Shown here one piece after another: positions 54,360-63,806 of a DNA stretch of 64,000 nucleotides. The stretch is from a virus. The position numbers and the translations under genes were made by a program. The notes beneath the pieces were generated by a model. It had not been told where the DNA came from, did not search any database, and saw nothing but the letters and a program-made list of their open reading frames with translations. Position 1 is the first letter of the stretch. Every line of letters begins with the position of its first letter. The stretch spans positions 1 through 64,000 of the IMG/VR virus record IMGVR_UViG_3300018080_000009; one strand, given 5' to 3'.

Positions 54360-55691
54360 ATGGTTTGGACTCTAGATAGTACGTTGAATGTACCAGAATC
54401 TTTTATGACTCCCGATCTGTTGGAGAAGTTTCAAATAGGTAGGGGAAAAGACAAGGTACTTTTGTACGATCACGATGAAGAAAGGGAAGAATATAGACTT
54501 GCAAGAGCAAGGGGACTGAGTGTTTTAGGGCATTTTGGATATGAAAATAGGAGTACTTTGGGAAGGGATATTCAGTCGAGCTCTAGCTTCAGTCCAAGAA
54601 CTGGCCAAGAAGATTCTGTTAATGGGATATTGAGGAGTGTCCATGAATATGGAGGAGGAATCTTAGTTGCTCCTTGTGGTCAGGGTAAGACAGTAATTCT
54701 TGCCGAGACGATACTTCGTATAGGCAAAGCAGCTTGTATCCTAGTCCATAAGAATTTCTTAGCACAGCAATGGGAAGAAGCTTTCAAGATGCTTGATTCA
54801 GGGGTGCGTGTAGGAAGATTACAAGGGGATAGATGTGATACTGGTGAGACGCATGATGTAGTAGTAGCTATGGTACAGAGTTTGACATCTTCCGCACGAG
54901 AATATCCTGACGAGCATTTCAAGTCATTTGGTGTACTGGGATTAGATGAGGTGCACAGATATGGAGCAGATGTATGGAAAACAGCTATAGTTAAGTATCC
55001 CTCTAAATTGAGAATAGGTCTGACAGCTACTCCACGTAGGTCAGATGGGATGTGGGATATGATGGAAGCCCATATTGGTCCAATACTTCACACGATGCAG
55101 GGGGAGAAGATGTCTCTCAAGATCTATATGGTGTCTACAGACGCTTGGGTAGATCCGAAGAAGTACAATCATAAATGGCTTGATGATCATGGTAAGAGAG
55201 CTAAGTTGATAACTGCTCTGTCTGAGTTACGTGGAAGGAATAAAGTTCTTATAAGAAATATTCGTAGAGCTTGGGATGCTGCTAGAAAGATCTTGGTGAT
55301 TTCTGAAAGAAGAAAACACTTAGATACTTTATGCAAAGGACTATTGGATACAGGAGTACCCGAATCAGATATAGGGTTTTATGTAGGTGGTATGAAACAA
55401 AAAGCTTTAGATGATGCTGCAATGAAAGATGTCATATTCAGTACTTACCAGATGGTGAAGGAAGGTCTTGACATTCCAGCTTTAGATACTCTGATGATGG
55501 CTACGCCTCAGTACTCGATACAGCAATCTATTGGAAGACTTCTTAGAAAATACGAAGGCAAGTCTGATCTAGTTGTTTTAGATTTAGTAGACAAAGAAAT
55601 TGGTATGTTTCTAGGCATGTCGAAGGGAAGAAGGAAACAATACAGAAGTTTGGGATATGATGTGGCCATAAATGACAACATAAAGAAATAG
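54360..55691 (+). CDS. SF2 DExH helicase (UvsW/ResIII-like)
   Basis: APCGQGKT, DEVH, GLTATP, EGLDIP, QSIGRLLR. Confidence 0.92.
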   Translation: MVWTLDSTLNVPESFMTPDLLEKFQIGRGKDKVLLYDHDEEREEYRLARARGLSVLGHFGYENRSTLGRDIQSSSSFSPRTGQEDSVNGILRSVHEYGGGILVAPCGQGKTVILAETILRIGKAACILVHKNFLAQQWEEAFKMLDSGVRVGRLQGDRCDTGETHDVVVAMVQSLTSSAREYPDEHFKSFGVLGLDEVHRYGADVWKTAIVKYPSKLRIGLTATPRRSDGMWDMMEAHIGPILHTMQGEKMSLKIYMVSTDAWVDPKKYNHKWLDDHGKRAKLITALSELRGRNKVLIRNIRRAWDAARKILVISERRKHLDTLCKGLLDTGVPESDIGFYVGGMKQKALDDAAMKDVIFSTYQMVKEGLDIPALDTLMMATPQYSIQQSIGRLLRKYEGKSDLVVLDLVDKEIGMFLGMSKGRRKQYRSLGYDVAINDNIKK

Positions 55692-55700
55692 GAGAAAGAC

Positions 55701-56330
55701 ATGTCAGAAAAATCAATGGTGTTGATGAGTGCCGAGAATCTAGTTGATTCGGATTTGATACTAAGGACTCCACCGGAAGAAATGTTGGAGTCTGATGTGA
55801 TTGCGGTATGGAGTTTTTTAGACCTGGTTGAGAAGGAGATGGTCAAGAAGAGGAAGGTAAAGCTTCGTGATCATCTGATGAAATTGGCAGAAGAGAAGGG
55901 TACTGTAAACAAGAATGGATCTTTTGTCTGGAAATCAAAGGATTCAGATGCCAAGGTTACGAAGCAGCGTAGAGAAGCCAAGCCTTCTTTAGATGCAGAC
56001 AAATTTGTAGAGAGATTCGAAGATATACCAGGGGTTTGTGGGAAGGCTTTGCGTCGCCAAGTATTCCTTACGGAGAGGGATTACCGCCTTTTGATAGATT
56101 TGTTTAATACTTTGATTTCTGAAGATCCCGAGGATGTCTTTGTTTCAAGTCTGTTGGAGAAAGTCAAAGATGCTTCGATTACTGTAGATGAAGATGTAGT
56201 CGAGGGAATGGTGAAACTCGGTATGATTGATCTAGAAGATCTTAGGGAGATAAGTACTCCAGGGAAAGTGTCATGGGCTTTGACTGTTAAGAAGCCTTCA
56301 GAAATCGAGGAATTAAAGAAGAGGATGTAG
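55701..56330 (+). CDS. Hypothetical protein
   Basis: AGGAG SD; 209 aa. Confidence 0.7.
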   Translation: MSEKSMVLMSAENLVDSDLILRTPPEEMLESDVIAVWSFLDLVEKEMVKKRKVKLRDHLMKLAEEKGTVNKNGSFVWKSKDSDAKVTKQRREAKPSLDADKFVERFEDIPGVCGKALRRQVFLTERDYRLLIDLFNTLISEDPEDVFVSSLLEKVKDASITVDEDVVEGMVKLGMIDLEDLREISTPGKVSWALTVKKPSEIEELKKRM

Positions 56331-56918
56331 ATGGCAAGGCCAAAGTTACCAGAAGATGAGAAAGCCGTAAGAGATCCGATCAAGCAGTCAGAATATAATC
56401 GGCAATACTACGAGAGAAACAAAGAGAGGATCCAGGCTAGGAAGAAGAAGCGGTACCATAATGATGCTGGTGTTAAGGAAGCCTATATCACTCGTGCAGT
56501 CGAGAGAAAACGACGACTGTCTAAGGAAAAGGCTGCTCTAAAGAGAATGGGTAAGCTTCCTTTGAAACGGGAGTGGGCAGAATACAACGTCCAGCACAAT
56601 GGGAGATGGTTTGTAGTTGAGATGACTACGGCTGGAATACTTGCCAGAATGTTTAGTAGATCTATTCAGACTCTACGTATTTGGGAGAGTCGATGCATAC
56701 TTCCGAAATGCGTATGGAGGTCTCCAGCAAGTGATCGATTGTATACTCGTCTTCAGGTAGAAGGTTTGATGAAGATCTACAAGGATCAGATCAGGAAATA
56801 CGGCAAGCATATAGTAAATACCCGTATTGGAAGTACGGAATTCTCGTCCAGAGCCCATGAATTATGGGTCCAATATCCATTGGGGTTTGATCTATCGAAG
56901 GTCAGGAAAGAGGTTTAG
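56331..56918 (+). CDS. Basic DNA-binding protein with MerR-like HTH
   Basis: TAGILARMFSRSIQTLRIWESRCILP...RLYT. Confidence 0.7.
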   Translation: MARPKLPEDEKAVRDPIKQSEYNRQYYERNKERIQARKKKRYHNDAGVKEAYITRAVERKRRLSKEKAALKRMGKLPLKREWAEYNVQHNGRWFVVEMTTAGILARMFSRSIQTLRIWESRCILPKCVWRSPASDRLYTRLQVEGLMKIYKDQIRKYGKHIVNTRIGSTEFSSRAHELWVQYPLGFDLSKVRKEV

Positions 56919-56922
56919 GGAC

Positions 56923-57234
56923 ATGGTAGAGAAAAAGAAAAAGGCTAAGATTTCAGGTCAAGGCAAGCTTTGGGTATCGAGGAGGTATCCCGATAAGTCT
57001 GAGGATAGTGAAGAATACAAGCTTGGAGTTCGTGAGTTTGAAGTAGAGCCTGCTTATGTGAAAGCAGGATATGCTTTGACTTTGAATCTTGGGAACTACG
57101 AGAGTGCCAAATGTGAAGCTGGGGTTACGCTTCCCTGTTATGTTGAGGAGATCAAGGAAGCGTTTGATGAAGCATGGAGAATTGCTGAAGAGGAGATTCA
57201 GGAGCAAGTAGCCAAGGTACGTAAAGGAAAGTAG
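56923..57234 (+). CDS. Conserved-type hypothetical phage protein
   Basis: TLNLGNYESAK motif; ATG 56923. Confidence 0.65.
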   Translation: MVEKKKKAKISGQGKLWVSRRYPDKSEDSEEYKLGVREFEVEPAYVKAGYALTLNLGNYESAKCEAGVTLPCYVEEIKEAFDEAWRIAEEEIQEQVAKVRKGK

Positions 57235-57235
57235 T

Positions 57236-57427
57236 TTGCCAAAAAGAAGCAAGAGAAAGAAGGTTTGGTATCCAGAAAATCTGTTTCATGAGGTTATGGA
57301 ATATGATGAGCCTGAGTTCGAACGAGCTGTGTACAGGTACAATGAGAAATTTAATTCAAATTTTTTACCTGAAGAAGTAGCCAGGGCTCTTAAGAGATGG
57401 AAGAAAGTGCAGGGTAAGAATGAGTAA
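57236..57427 (+). CDS. Hypothetical protein
   Basis: AAGGA SD; fills the gap before recA. Confidence 0.5.
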   Translation: MPKRSKRKKVWYPENLFHEVMEYDEPEFERAVYRYNEKFNSNFLPEEVARALKRWKKVQGKNE

Positions 57428-58565
57428 AATCGACAAGATCCTTGCTGATGTTAATAAGATGTTTGGTAAGGGTACGATGCTCCGTGCAGCCGAGGCAGAT
57501 AGTTTAGTTGTAGACAGAATTCCTACGGGTATTTTTGATTTGGATATGAAGATTGGTGGTGGGATACCTCGTGGACGTATTACCATGTTTAAGGGTGAAT
57601 ACAGTACAGGTAAGTCTTCAGTAGCTCAGAAGGTAGTAGTCAATGCTCAGAATACATGCAGATTTTGTGGCGAAATGTTTGAATGGGTAGACTTGTTGGG
57701 TGAGGTACACGAGAAGAAATGTTCCTGTGGAAAGAGGGAGCCCATGAGGGTAGGTTGGTTTGATGTAGAGCATTGTTATGATCCAGTTTGGGCTTCCAAG
57801 TGGGGGGTTAGAGTAGAGGATCTGATTCTATCTCAGCCAGAATCTGCTGAGATGGCTGTTGATATATTTGAGAGGTGTTTAGATTCTCAGGAATTCGATT
57901 TGTTGGTTTTGGATTCAGTAGCAGCATTGACCCCGATTTTAGAAATTGAATCCTCCGCTATGGATGCGAATGTTGGAGTCATGGCTAGATTGATGAATAG
58001 AGCTTTACGTAGTTGGACTTCCCGCATGAATGCTCAAGGACTTTTGTCCAAAATTAAGACAACGATAATTCTTATCAATCAGATGCGTGTAGGTATTGGT
58101 CCGTATTCTGGAGTAACTTCACCAGGGGGAAAGGGTTTAGATTTTTTTGAGTCTTTAGAAATTCGGTTCAAGAAGAAAAAGGTGTTGCTGTCTAAAGATA
58201 AGCCCATAGGTAATTTGGTTGAGTTTACTATTAAGAAGAACAAGACAGCCCCGCCATCGTCTGGTGGAATGTTCAATATGTATCTTGTTCCGGTTCCAGG
58301 CAAATACAGTATTGGGGATACAGACTTAGATACTCAGGTTTTGAGAGCCGCCATTGCTTGGGGAGCAATCCGTAGGGGAGGAGCGTGGTATTATTTTCCA
58401 GATGATACGAAAGCACAGGGTGAAGAGAAGGCTTCAGAGATATTGAGGAATAATCCCAAGATGTTTGAAGAGCTAAAGAAGATGGTTATTGCTAGAGAGC
58501 TTGCTTGGCAAGATACAGGGGAGGGTCTAGATACAGAAGAATCTGATGAAGAGGAAAGTGAATAA
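57420..58565 (+). CDS. recA: RecA-like recombinase with Cys-rich insertion
   Basis: IPTG..LD..IGGGIPRGRI, GEYSTGKS, SQPESAE, LDSVAAL, INQMR, PGGKGL, KNKTAPP, GAWY. Confidence 0.93.
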   Translation: MSKIDKILADVNKMFGKGTMLRAAEADSLVVDRIPTGIFDLDMKIGGGIPRGRITMFKGEYSTGKSSVAQKVVVNAQNTCRFCGEMFEWVDLLGEVHEKKCSCGKREPMRVGWFDVEHCYDPVWASKWGVRVEDLILSQPESAEMAVDIFERCLDSQEFDLLVLDSVAALTPILEIESSAMDANVGVMARLMNRALRSWTSRMNAQGLLSKIKTTIILINQMRVGIGPYSGVTSPGGKGLDFFESLEIRFKKKKVLLSKDKPIGNLVEFTIKKNKTAPPSSGGMFNMYLVPVPGKYSIGDTDLDTQVLRAAIAWGAIRRGGAWYYFPDDTKAQGEEKASEILRNNPKMFEELKKMVIARELAWQDTGEGLDTEESDEEESE

Positions 58566-58945
58566 TGTCTAACTGGAAGCCGAAGATGTGGGATAAGGAG
58601 GAAGATTCCGTATCGATGAAGTCCAGAAAGAACGAAAAGAGATTGTCTAAAGAGGTAGGATTTCAGCTTACCAAAGGGTCTGGAAATCAGCCCTGGGTGT
58701 CAGATAAGGGGGATGGTAAATCAGATGATTTTGTATTTGAACTTAAGGAAACGAAGCATAAGAAGATCTCAGTCAATTCGAGAGTGATTGAGAAAATTTG
58801 TAAAGAAGCTGCTGCAGTAGGCAAGTCTCCTGTTTTGATACTCTCAGCTTATGGGTTGCCCGAGTATTTACCCAATGAATGGGCAGTGATGCCTGTTGAA
58901 GTATTTACAGAATTGTTTGAAGTATGGAAGAAGTGTAGATCATGA
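58565..58945 (+). CDS. Holliday junction resolvase-like PD-(D/E)xK nuclease
   Basis: NEKRL...GSGN...KGD...FELKET. Confidence 0.75.
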   Translation: MSNWKPKMWDKEEDSVSMKSRKNEKRLSKEVGFQLTKGSGNQPWVSDKGDGKSDDFVFELKETKHKKISVNSRVIEKICKEAAAVGKSPVLILSAYGLPEYLPNEWAVMPVEVFTELFEVWKKCRS

Positions 58946-59101
58946 TAGTGGATTTCATTTTAGATCTTCCGTATTGGACAGCTAGACTATTCATCCCGGA
59001 GTGTATTTGGGAAGATTGGTTGTGCGACTGTGAATTGAAAAAGGCTTCTTGGATTGTGAGATATTTCATTAAGCATAGATGGCCGTTGAGTTGTAGATGG
59101 G

Positions 59102-59482
59102 ATGAGTACGATGCATGATTCTGAGACAGCTGTCCTGATGGAGTCTTTTGATAAGCATATAGCTGAAAAGAAATTAGGTATTAAGAAAAGTGTTGGTAAT
59201 GCCTTCATGAATATAGAAGCTTTGTGTTTTGATATAGTCAGTGAAATAAATGATCAGATTGAATCTGAATTGATTAAGAAATTTCCTACGGATTTAGAAC
59301 AGGCCGAGGCTAAGTTTGGTGGCATGTATATTGAAGTGCTCAGACCAGAATTTAAGGTAGAAGTTACAAAGATGATGGTATTTCAGGGTTTTAAGTATAG
59401 ATACCAGGATGAAGGCCATCCGAATATGTTTGTAGAAGACAACATTAGATTCAGGGAAGTCTATGGATACGAAAACTATTAG
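59102..59482 (+). CDS. Hypothetical protein
   Basis: 126-aa ORF. Confidence 0.55.
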   Translation: MSTMHDSETAVLMESFDKHIAEKKLGIKKSVGNAFMNIEALCFDIVSEINDQIESELIKKFPTDLEQAEAKFGGMYIEVLRPEFKVEVTKMMVFQGFKYRYQDEGHPNMFVEDNIRFREVYGYENY

Positions 59483-59801
59483 AAAATGGTCTACTGATAG
59501 GAAGTTGCTTCGTATAAAGGAGATCTCTGGAGCTTTTGATTCCTATGAAGAACGGAAGAAGAATGAAGTTCTTGATGAGCTTGTAATACTTCTGCTTGAG
59601 ATATTGGCTGCAGTAATAAAGGAGAAGAAGTGTAAATATACTCCTCTAGAATTATTTGAGGGAGTATTCAAGGATTTAGTTGGGGGTCCTATATATAAGA
59701 GGTTTTTGGAAACCAAGGAACTGGTAGGCAGATATAAGTCCAGTAATTCCTCAGATAGATCTCGTCTCCGGCCCAAGTTGGTAGCCAGAGGCATGATTTA
59801 G
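59463..59801 (+). CDS. Hypothetical protein
   Basis: 112-aa ORF overlapping the previous gene. Confidence 0.55.
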   Translation: MDTKTIRKWSTDRKLLRIKEISGAFDSYEERKKNEVLDELVILLLEILAAVIKEKKCKYTPLELFEGVFKDLVGGPIYKRFLETKELVGRYKSSNSSDRSRLRPKLVARGMI

Positions 59802-59831
59802 CTCTATTCTGAAATTATAAGGAGGTGTTCT

Positions 59832-60536
59832 ATGAAAACTTTAATGCATTTGTGTCTTTTGTTTCTTTTGGTTTTGTTTCAGTGTTCAGAAGGAGAAATA
59901 GATAGAGATTCCGATACTGATACGGACACAGATACCTATACAGGAGGTGATGTAGATGGAGACTCTGATACTGATACCGATAATGATACTGATAGCGATT
60001 CAGATATGGACACAGATACTGATACCGATTCCGACTCCGACACGGATACAGATACTGACGCAGATATTGATACTGATAGCGACAGTGACAGTGACACGGA
60101 TGTAGACGGAGATACTTGGGTAGATCCAGATACAGGTTTGATGTGGATAACAAGTCCTTGGAATGCTCTTCCGTCACTTTCTCAAGATGATGCCATCTTG
60201 TATTGTCAAAATTTGGATTATGCTGGAAATACAGATTGGAGACTTCCTGATATTGAAGAAATGAGGACGGTAGTAGTAGATTGTCCAGATATTGAGCCAG
60301 AAGGTGATTGTGGAGTGACTGAAGACTGTCTAGAATCTTATTGTGTAGAAGGATGCATTTTTTGTGACGACGGGAATTCTCATCAAGAAGAAGTTTTTGG
60401 AGGACCGTTTATGTACTTGTGGTCTTCGTCTCCAATTCCCGATTGGCCAGAATATGGTTGGACTATGAGCTATGCAAATGCTGGTATTGTTGCTGTAATT
60501 TCTGAGAACCCTTGGTACGTGAGATGTGTCCGTTAA
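59832..60536 (+). CDS. Exported/lipoprotein with Asp-Thr/Asp-Ser repeat linker and DUF1566 (Lcl C-terminal)-like domain
   Basis: Signal ending LFQC; (DT/DS)n; DPDTGLMW, YCQNLDYAGNTDWRLPDIEEM, WSSS, VRCVR. Confidence 0.85.
   Translation: MKTLMHLCLLFLLVLFQCSEGEIDRDSDTDTDTDTYTGGDVDGDSDTDTDNDTDSDSDMDTDTDTDSDSDTDTDTDADIDTDSDSDSDTDVDGDTWVDPDTGLMWITSPWNALPSLSQDDAILYCQNLDYAGNTDWRLPDIEEMRTVVVDCPDIEPEGDCGVTEDCLESYCVEGCIFCDDGNSHQEEVFGGPFMYLWSSSPIPDWPEYGWTMSYANAGIVAVISENPWYVRCVR
59901..60116 (+). repeat. Degenerate 6-nt coding repeat (Asp-Thr/Asp-Ser)
   Basis: GA(T/C)ACN/GA(T/C)(TCN/AGY) units with synonymous variation. Confidence 0.8.
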
Positions 60537-60555
60537 AAACAATTGGATAAAAAGT

Positions 60556-60583
60556 TTGACAAAACTCTAGTATATAATATACT
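60556..60583 (+). promoter_or_regulatory. Strong sigma70-type promoter (TTGACAAAAC family)
   Basis: TTGACA, 16 nt spacer, TATACT; A-rich upstream element. Confidence 0.65.
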
Positions 60584-60620
60584 TGCCGTATGAACTGTAA
60601 CCGTAAAATTCTCAGTCCAA

Positions 60621-61391
60621 ATGACGGAAGGAGATTCAGTAGACATGCCAAAGACACAGCAGTCAGACAAAGAAAAATTTGGGGTTACGAAGGAGATGAG
60701 AGAAACATATGAACGCATAATGCGTCGAAGACTCTCTAGTCCTACATTCCATTACAGAGTTGATGAAAACGGTGAAGAGGTGAAAGTCTATCATCGAGAC
60801 AGATCAACGAATTGGAATGATTCCAATGAAGGCACTGTCCGAAGAAAACAGCCGTATATGATGGGAGAGGGATTAGGTAACAATCTAGGGATTGATAAGC
60901 CTAAGTATACGTATTCTGAACGAGTCGAGGAGGTAGATGAAGAAGAAAGAGATTTCCAGAGGAAGGTACGTAGACTCAAGACTCAGTTGACTCGTAGGAA
61001 AAATAAGGTAAGAGTTGAATCCCAGAAGAAGGCTGAAGAGGACGGAAGGTGGATGACAGGACAACGTATTTTTGCTCTCAAGCGTACGTATGATCAGAAT
61101 TTGAATCATGGTCGTGATTTTGAGACTCGTTCAAAACGCTTGAAGATACAGATTCCCGATGGAGTAGATGTTGCCCAGACAGAATTTGGTATGCTCCTCA
61201 TTATTCCAGTAATAGAAGCAGAAGAGGGTTGGAGCAAAGGTTTAGGCAATCCGAAGAAAGATCCATATGGCAGGAATTTTTGGGTCAGTACCGAAGTCAA
61301 AGAGGCAGTCCAGAATTTATTTGGATATGTTAATTGGGAACGACCCCTAACTATTCCAGAAGCAGAGCAGTTTGGAGTAAAGGTGTTGTAA
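60621..61391 (+). CDS. Hypothetical charged protein (start may be ATG 60645)
   Basis: 256-aa ORF directly behind the strong promoter. Confidence 0.7.
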   Translation: MTEGDSVDMPKTQQSDKEKFGVTKEMRETYERIMRRRLSSPTFHYRVDENGEEVKVYHRDRSTNWNDSNEGTVRRKQPYMMGEGLGNNLGIDKPKYTYSERVEEVDEEERDFQRKVRRLKTQLTRRKNKVRVESQKKAEEDGRWMTGQRIFALKRTYDQNLNHGRDFETRSKRLKIQIPDGVDVAQTEFGMLLIIPVIEAEEGWSKGLGNPKKDPYGRNFWVSTEVKEAVQNLFGYVNWERPLTIPEAEQFGVKVL

Positions 61392-62104
61392 TGATAAGGC
61401 ATGTAGTTTTGATGTCTGGCGGACCAGATTCTTTGATTACGCTTCAGTTTGTGAAGAATAATTATTTGCCTGGGTTAGTGATTCCGATACATGTGAGCAT
61501 GAATCATCTGTATGATACTGCTGAGAAGAAAGCTCTAGGCAAGATAGAAGCCTTGATGCAGATTGAGATTCAAGAATTCAAGGGTAGATTTGATTTCTCC
61601 AGGATAGAAGAGTCAGATGCCAATATCTATGGCAGGAATGCGTACTTATGTATCGCAGCAGCTTCAGTAGTACCAAAAGGTGACGATGCCTATATTTGGT
61701 TGTCGGTTCAAAAAGACGAGAGATCTATTCCAGATAGAAGTGATGCGTTTTTTGATAAGATGAGTAGGGTTTTGGCAGTTTTGAATAAGCCAAATGAGTT
61801 GGTAGTGAGTACTCCGTGGACGAATAAAGACAAAACAGATATGGTGAGGTATTTCCTGAATGAAGGAGGGAGTACAGGAGTACTTAGGTCTAGTTGGTCT
61901 TGTTACAAGGATACGTCAGTACAGTGTGGAAATTGTCCAGCTTGTATTCGAAGATACATAGCATTCAGTTTGAATGGGATTGAAGAAGAGTATTTAGAAA
62001 ATCCGAAGAATTCAGCTACTGCACTGGATTACATTAATAGAGCTAGAGTTGGTGAGTATTATTCAGAAGAACGTAACCAAAGGATTTTGGCTGCGTTGAC
62101 ATAG
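61391..62104 (+). CDS. queC: QueC-like 7-cyano-7-deazaguanine synthase
   Basis: VVLMSGGPDS PP-loop, GRNAYL, PDRSDAFF, SWSCY...CGNCPACIRR. Confidence 0.9.
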   Translation: MIRHVVLMSGGPDSLITLQFVKNNYLPGLVIPIHVSMNHLYDTAEKKALGKIEALMQIEIQEFKGRFDFSRIEESDANIYGRNAYLCIAAASVVPKGDDAYIWLSVQKDERSIPDRSDAFFDKMSRVLAVLNKPNELVVSTPWTNKDKTDMVRYFLNEGGSTGVLRSSWSCYKDTSVQCGNCPACIRRYIAFSLNGIEEEYLENPKNSATALDYINRARVGEYYSEERNQRILAALT

Positions 62105-62172
62105 GTCAATAAACAAGGGCAGTATGCCCACGATGTGTGAAGCTAAAATGGCTGAGGACACAGGAGGAAGAT

Positions 62173-63258
62173 ATGTCAATAAAAGTCGAAGAAGTGAGTA
62201 TTGATAACTGTCGAGTAGATCCGGAGTTCAATACTCGTACACATGGTTTGGGAGATCTCACAGGATTGATTGAGAGCATCAAGTCCGGTGGTATTGAGCA
62301 GCCGTTGTCAGGCAAAGTCAGTGACTCAGGTATGGTTGATATTTTTGTCGGATTCAGACGATTTGCTGCTGCACAAGAAGCCGGTCTGTCCAAGATTCCG
62401 ATAAAGCTGTATCCCCGAAGGAAAGTGACGTTGAAGCAGATGCTCTTGAAGAATGTCATTGAGAACGTTCATAGGGAGAATTTGAACCCAGTTGATGAAG
62501 CGCTTGCTTTCCAGAGGATGCAGACAGATCATAAGATGTCCACGGACGAAATATGTGGGGAATTAGGTCTAAAGAAGTCTTATATCCAGAATAGATTTAG
62601 GCTTTTAAAGCTTGAGGAGATAGTACGGGATGCAGTGCATCGAGGACGTATTTCAATTACTTCGGCTTTGGATATAGATCGTCTTCCAAAAGATAAGCAG
62701 AAGAGATTCGTGGACATTGCTGAAGACATGGGGGGCCAGAAATTAACCGATTTGATAGACAAGGAATTGAACAAGATTCAGAAGAAGATTGATACGAAAG
62801 ATGGCCCTGAAGATACATCGCCAGAGAGTCCAGTAGACCCGAATGATGTTGCAGAATGTGTCAGAAGCTCTAAGAGGTATGTCTCCCATTTGACTGATGC
62901 ATTGAAATATTCTTCAGAGGAAAGTGAAGGCATCAAGGGAGTGAACCTTCGGGTTTTAGAACTAGATGATCTCAAAGCAGTGACCAAGTTCTACGGAGAT
63001 CTCTGTGACATTGTTGAGCCAGAGATTGAATTCAATGAAAAGGCTCAGAAGGAGATCATTTCCACAGTCGAAGGTCAGTTGAATGTAGAGTTGGATCTTG
63101 AGGCTCCGGTAGTAAGGCAGTCTTTGATTCGTTCAGTAAGTGAACGAGCTCAAGAGATAGCCAGGGTTCAAGCTGGAGAGGGAAAGCGTCCTAGAGTTAC
63201 GTATCAAATTGCCAAAGAAGCAATTGATGAGTTCTACGATCCAATAGAGTCCGAATAA
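62173..63258 (+). CDS. parB: ParB/Spo0J-like protein
   Basis: LIESIKSGGIEQPL, GFRRFAAA, ENVHRENLNPVDEA, HTH TDEICGELGLKKSYIQNRFRLL; AGGAGG SD. Confidence 0.88.
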   Translation: MSIKVEEVSIDNCRVDPEFNTRTHGLGDLTGLIESIKSGGIEQPLSGKVSDSGMVDIFVGFRRFAAAQEAGLSKIPIKLYPRRKVTLKQMLLKNVIENVHRENLNPVDEALAFQRMQTDHKMSTDEICGELGLKKSYIQNRFRLLKLEEIVRDAVHRGRISITSALDIDRLPKDKQKRFVDIAEDMGGQKLTDLIDKELNKIQKKIDTKDGPEDTSPESPVDPNDVAECVRSSKRYVSHLTDALKYSSEESEGIKGVNLRVLELDDLKAVTKFYGDLCDIVEPEIEFNEKAQKEIISTVEGQLNVELDLEAPVVRQSLIRSVSERAQEIARVQAGEGKRPRVTYQIAKEAIDEFYDPIESE

Positions 63259-63331
63259 TACACTCATACAGGGAAGATTGGCGCTGTCCAGATAAGATGT
63301 CTGGTAGTAGTCGATAGAAATAGGAGGAGAT

Positions 63332-63805
63332 ATGGATAAGACAGACAAAGAGATAGTTTGGCTTCCTATTGATTTAGCTAAGAAAGTTAAAGATGCTGAA
63401 TCAACGAAGGAATTAGATGCTTTGATTATCGGCTATCTTGATGAGTCCAGAGGAGAAGTTAAAGCAAATCTTGAGAGTTTGGATGCGGATTTGTTGCAGT
63501 ATCGTGCAATGATGACCAAGGCTAAAGTTGCTTTTAGAGAAGCCAAGGATGAGCAATGTACTGCATCCTATGAGCTTTGGGAGAATTTCGATAAGGAATT
63601 GCCTAAAGTAAAGGAGAAGATTATGAGGATTGTTCGTATCTTGAATCCTTTGTCCAAGCAACTTAAGGAAATTGACGATCTCATGAGGAAGATAAACACA
63701 TATCAGTTAGAGAAAGTAGCTGAATTGCTTTCCAGGATTGAGAATGCGAGTCCAGCTCTTTTGAAGGCCATAGGTCTTTTTGTCAGTGAAGAAAGGGGAG
63801 AGTAG
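63332..63805 (+). CDS. Hypothetical coiled-coil protein
   Basis: AGGAGG SD. Confidence 0.7.
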   Translation: MDKTDKEIVWLPIDLAKKVKDAESTKELDALIIGYLDESRGEVKANLESLDADLLQYRAMMTKAKVAFREAKDEQCTASYELWENFDKELPKVKEKIMRIVRILNPLSKQLKEIDDLMRKINTYQLEKVAELLSRIENASPALLKAIGLFVSEERGE

Positions 63806-63806
63806 T

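Noticed and set aside
58942-59059. Possible 38-aa ORF (MIVDFILDLPYW...) after the resolvase
   Set aside because: ATGA coupling is suggestive, but it is too short and featureless to support.
59832-60536. Diversity-generating retroelement targeting the DUF1566 gene
   Set aside because: No reverse transcriptase and no template repeat seen in the window.
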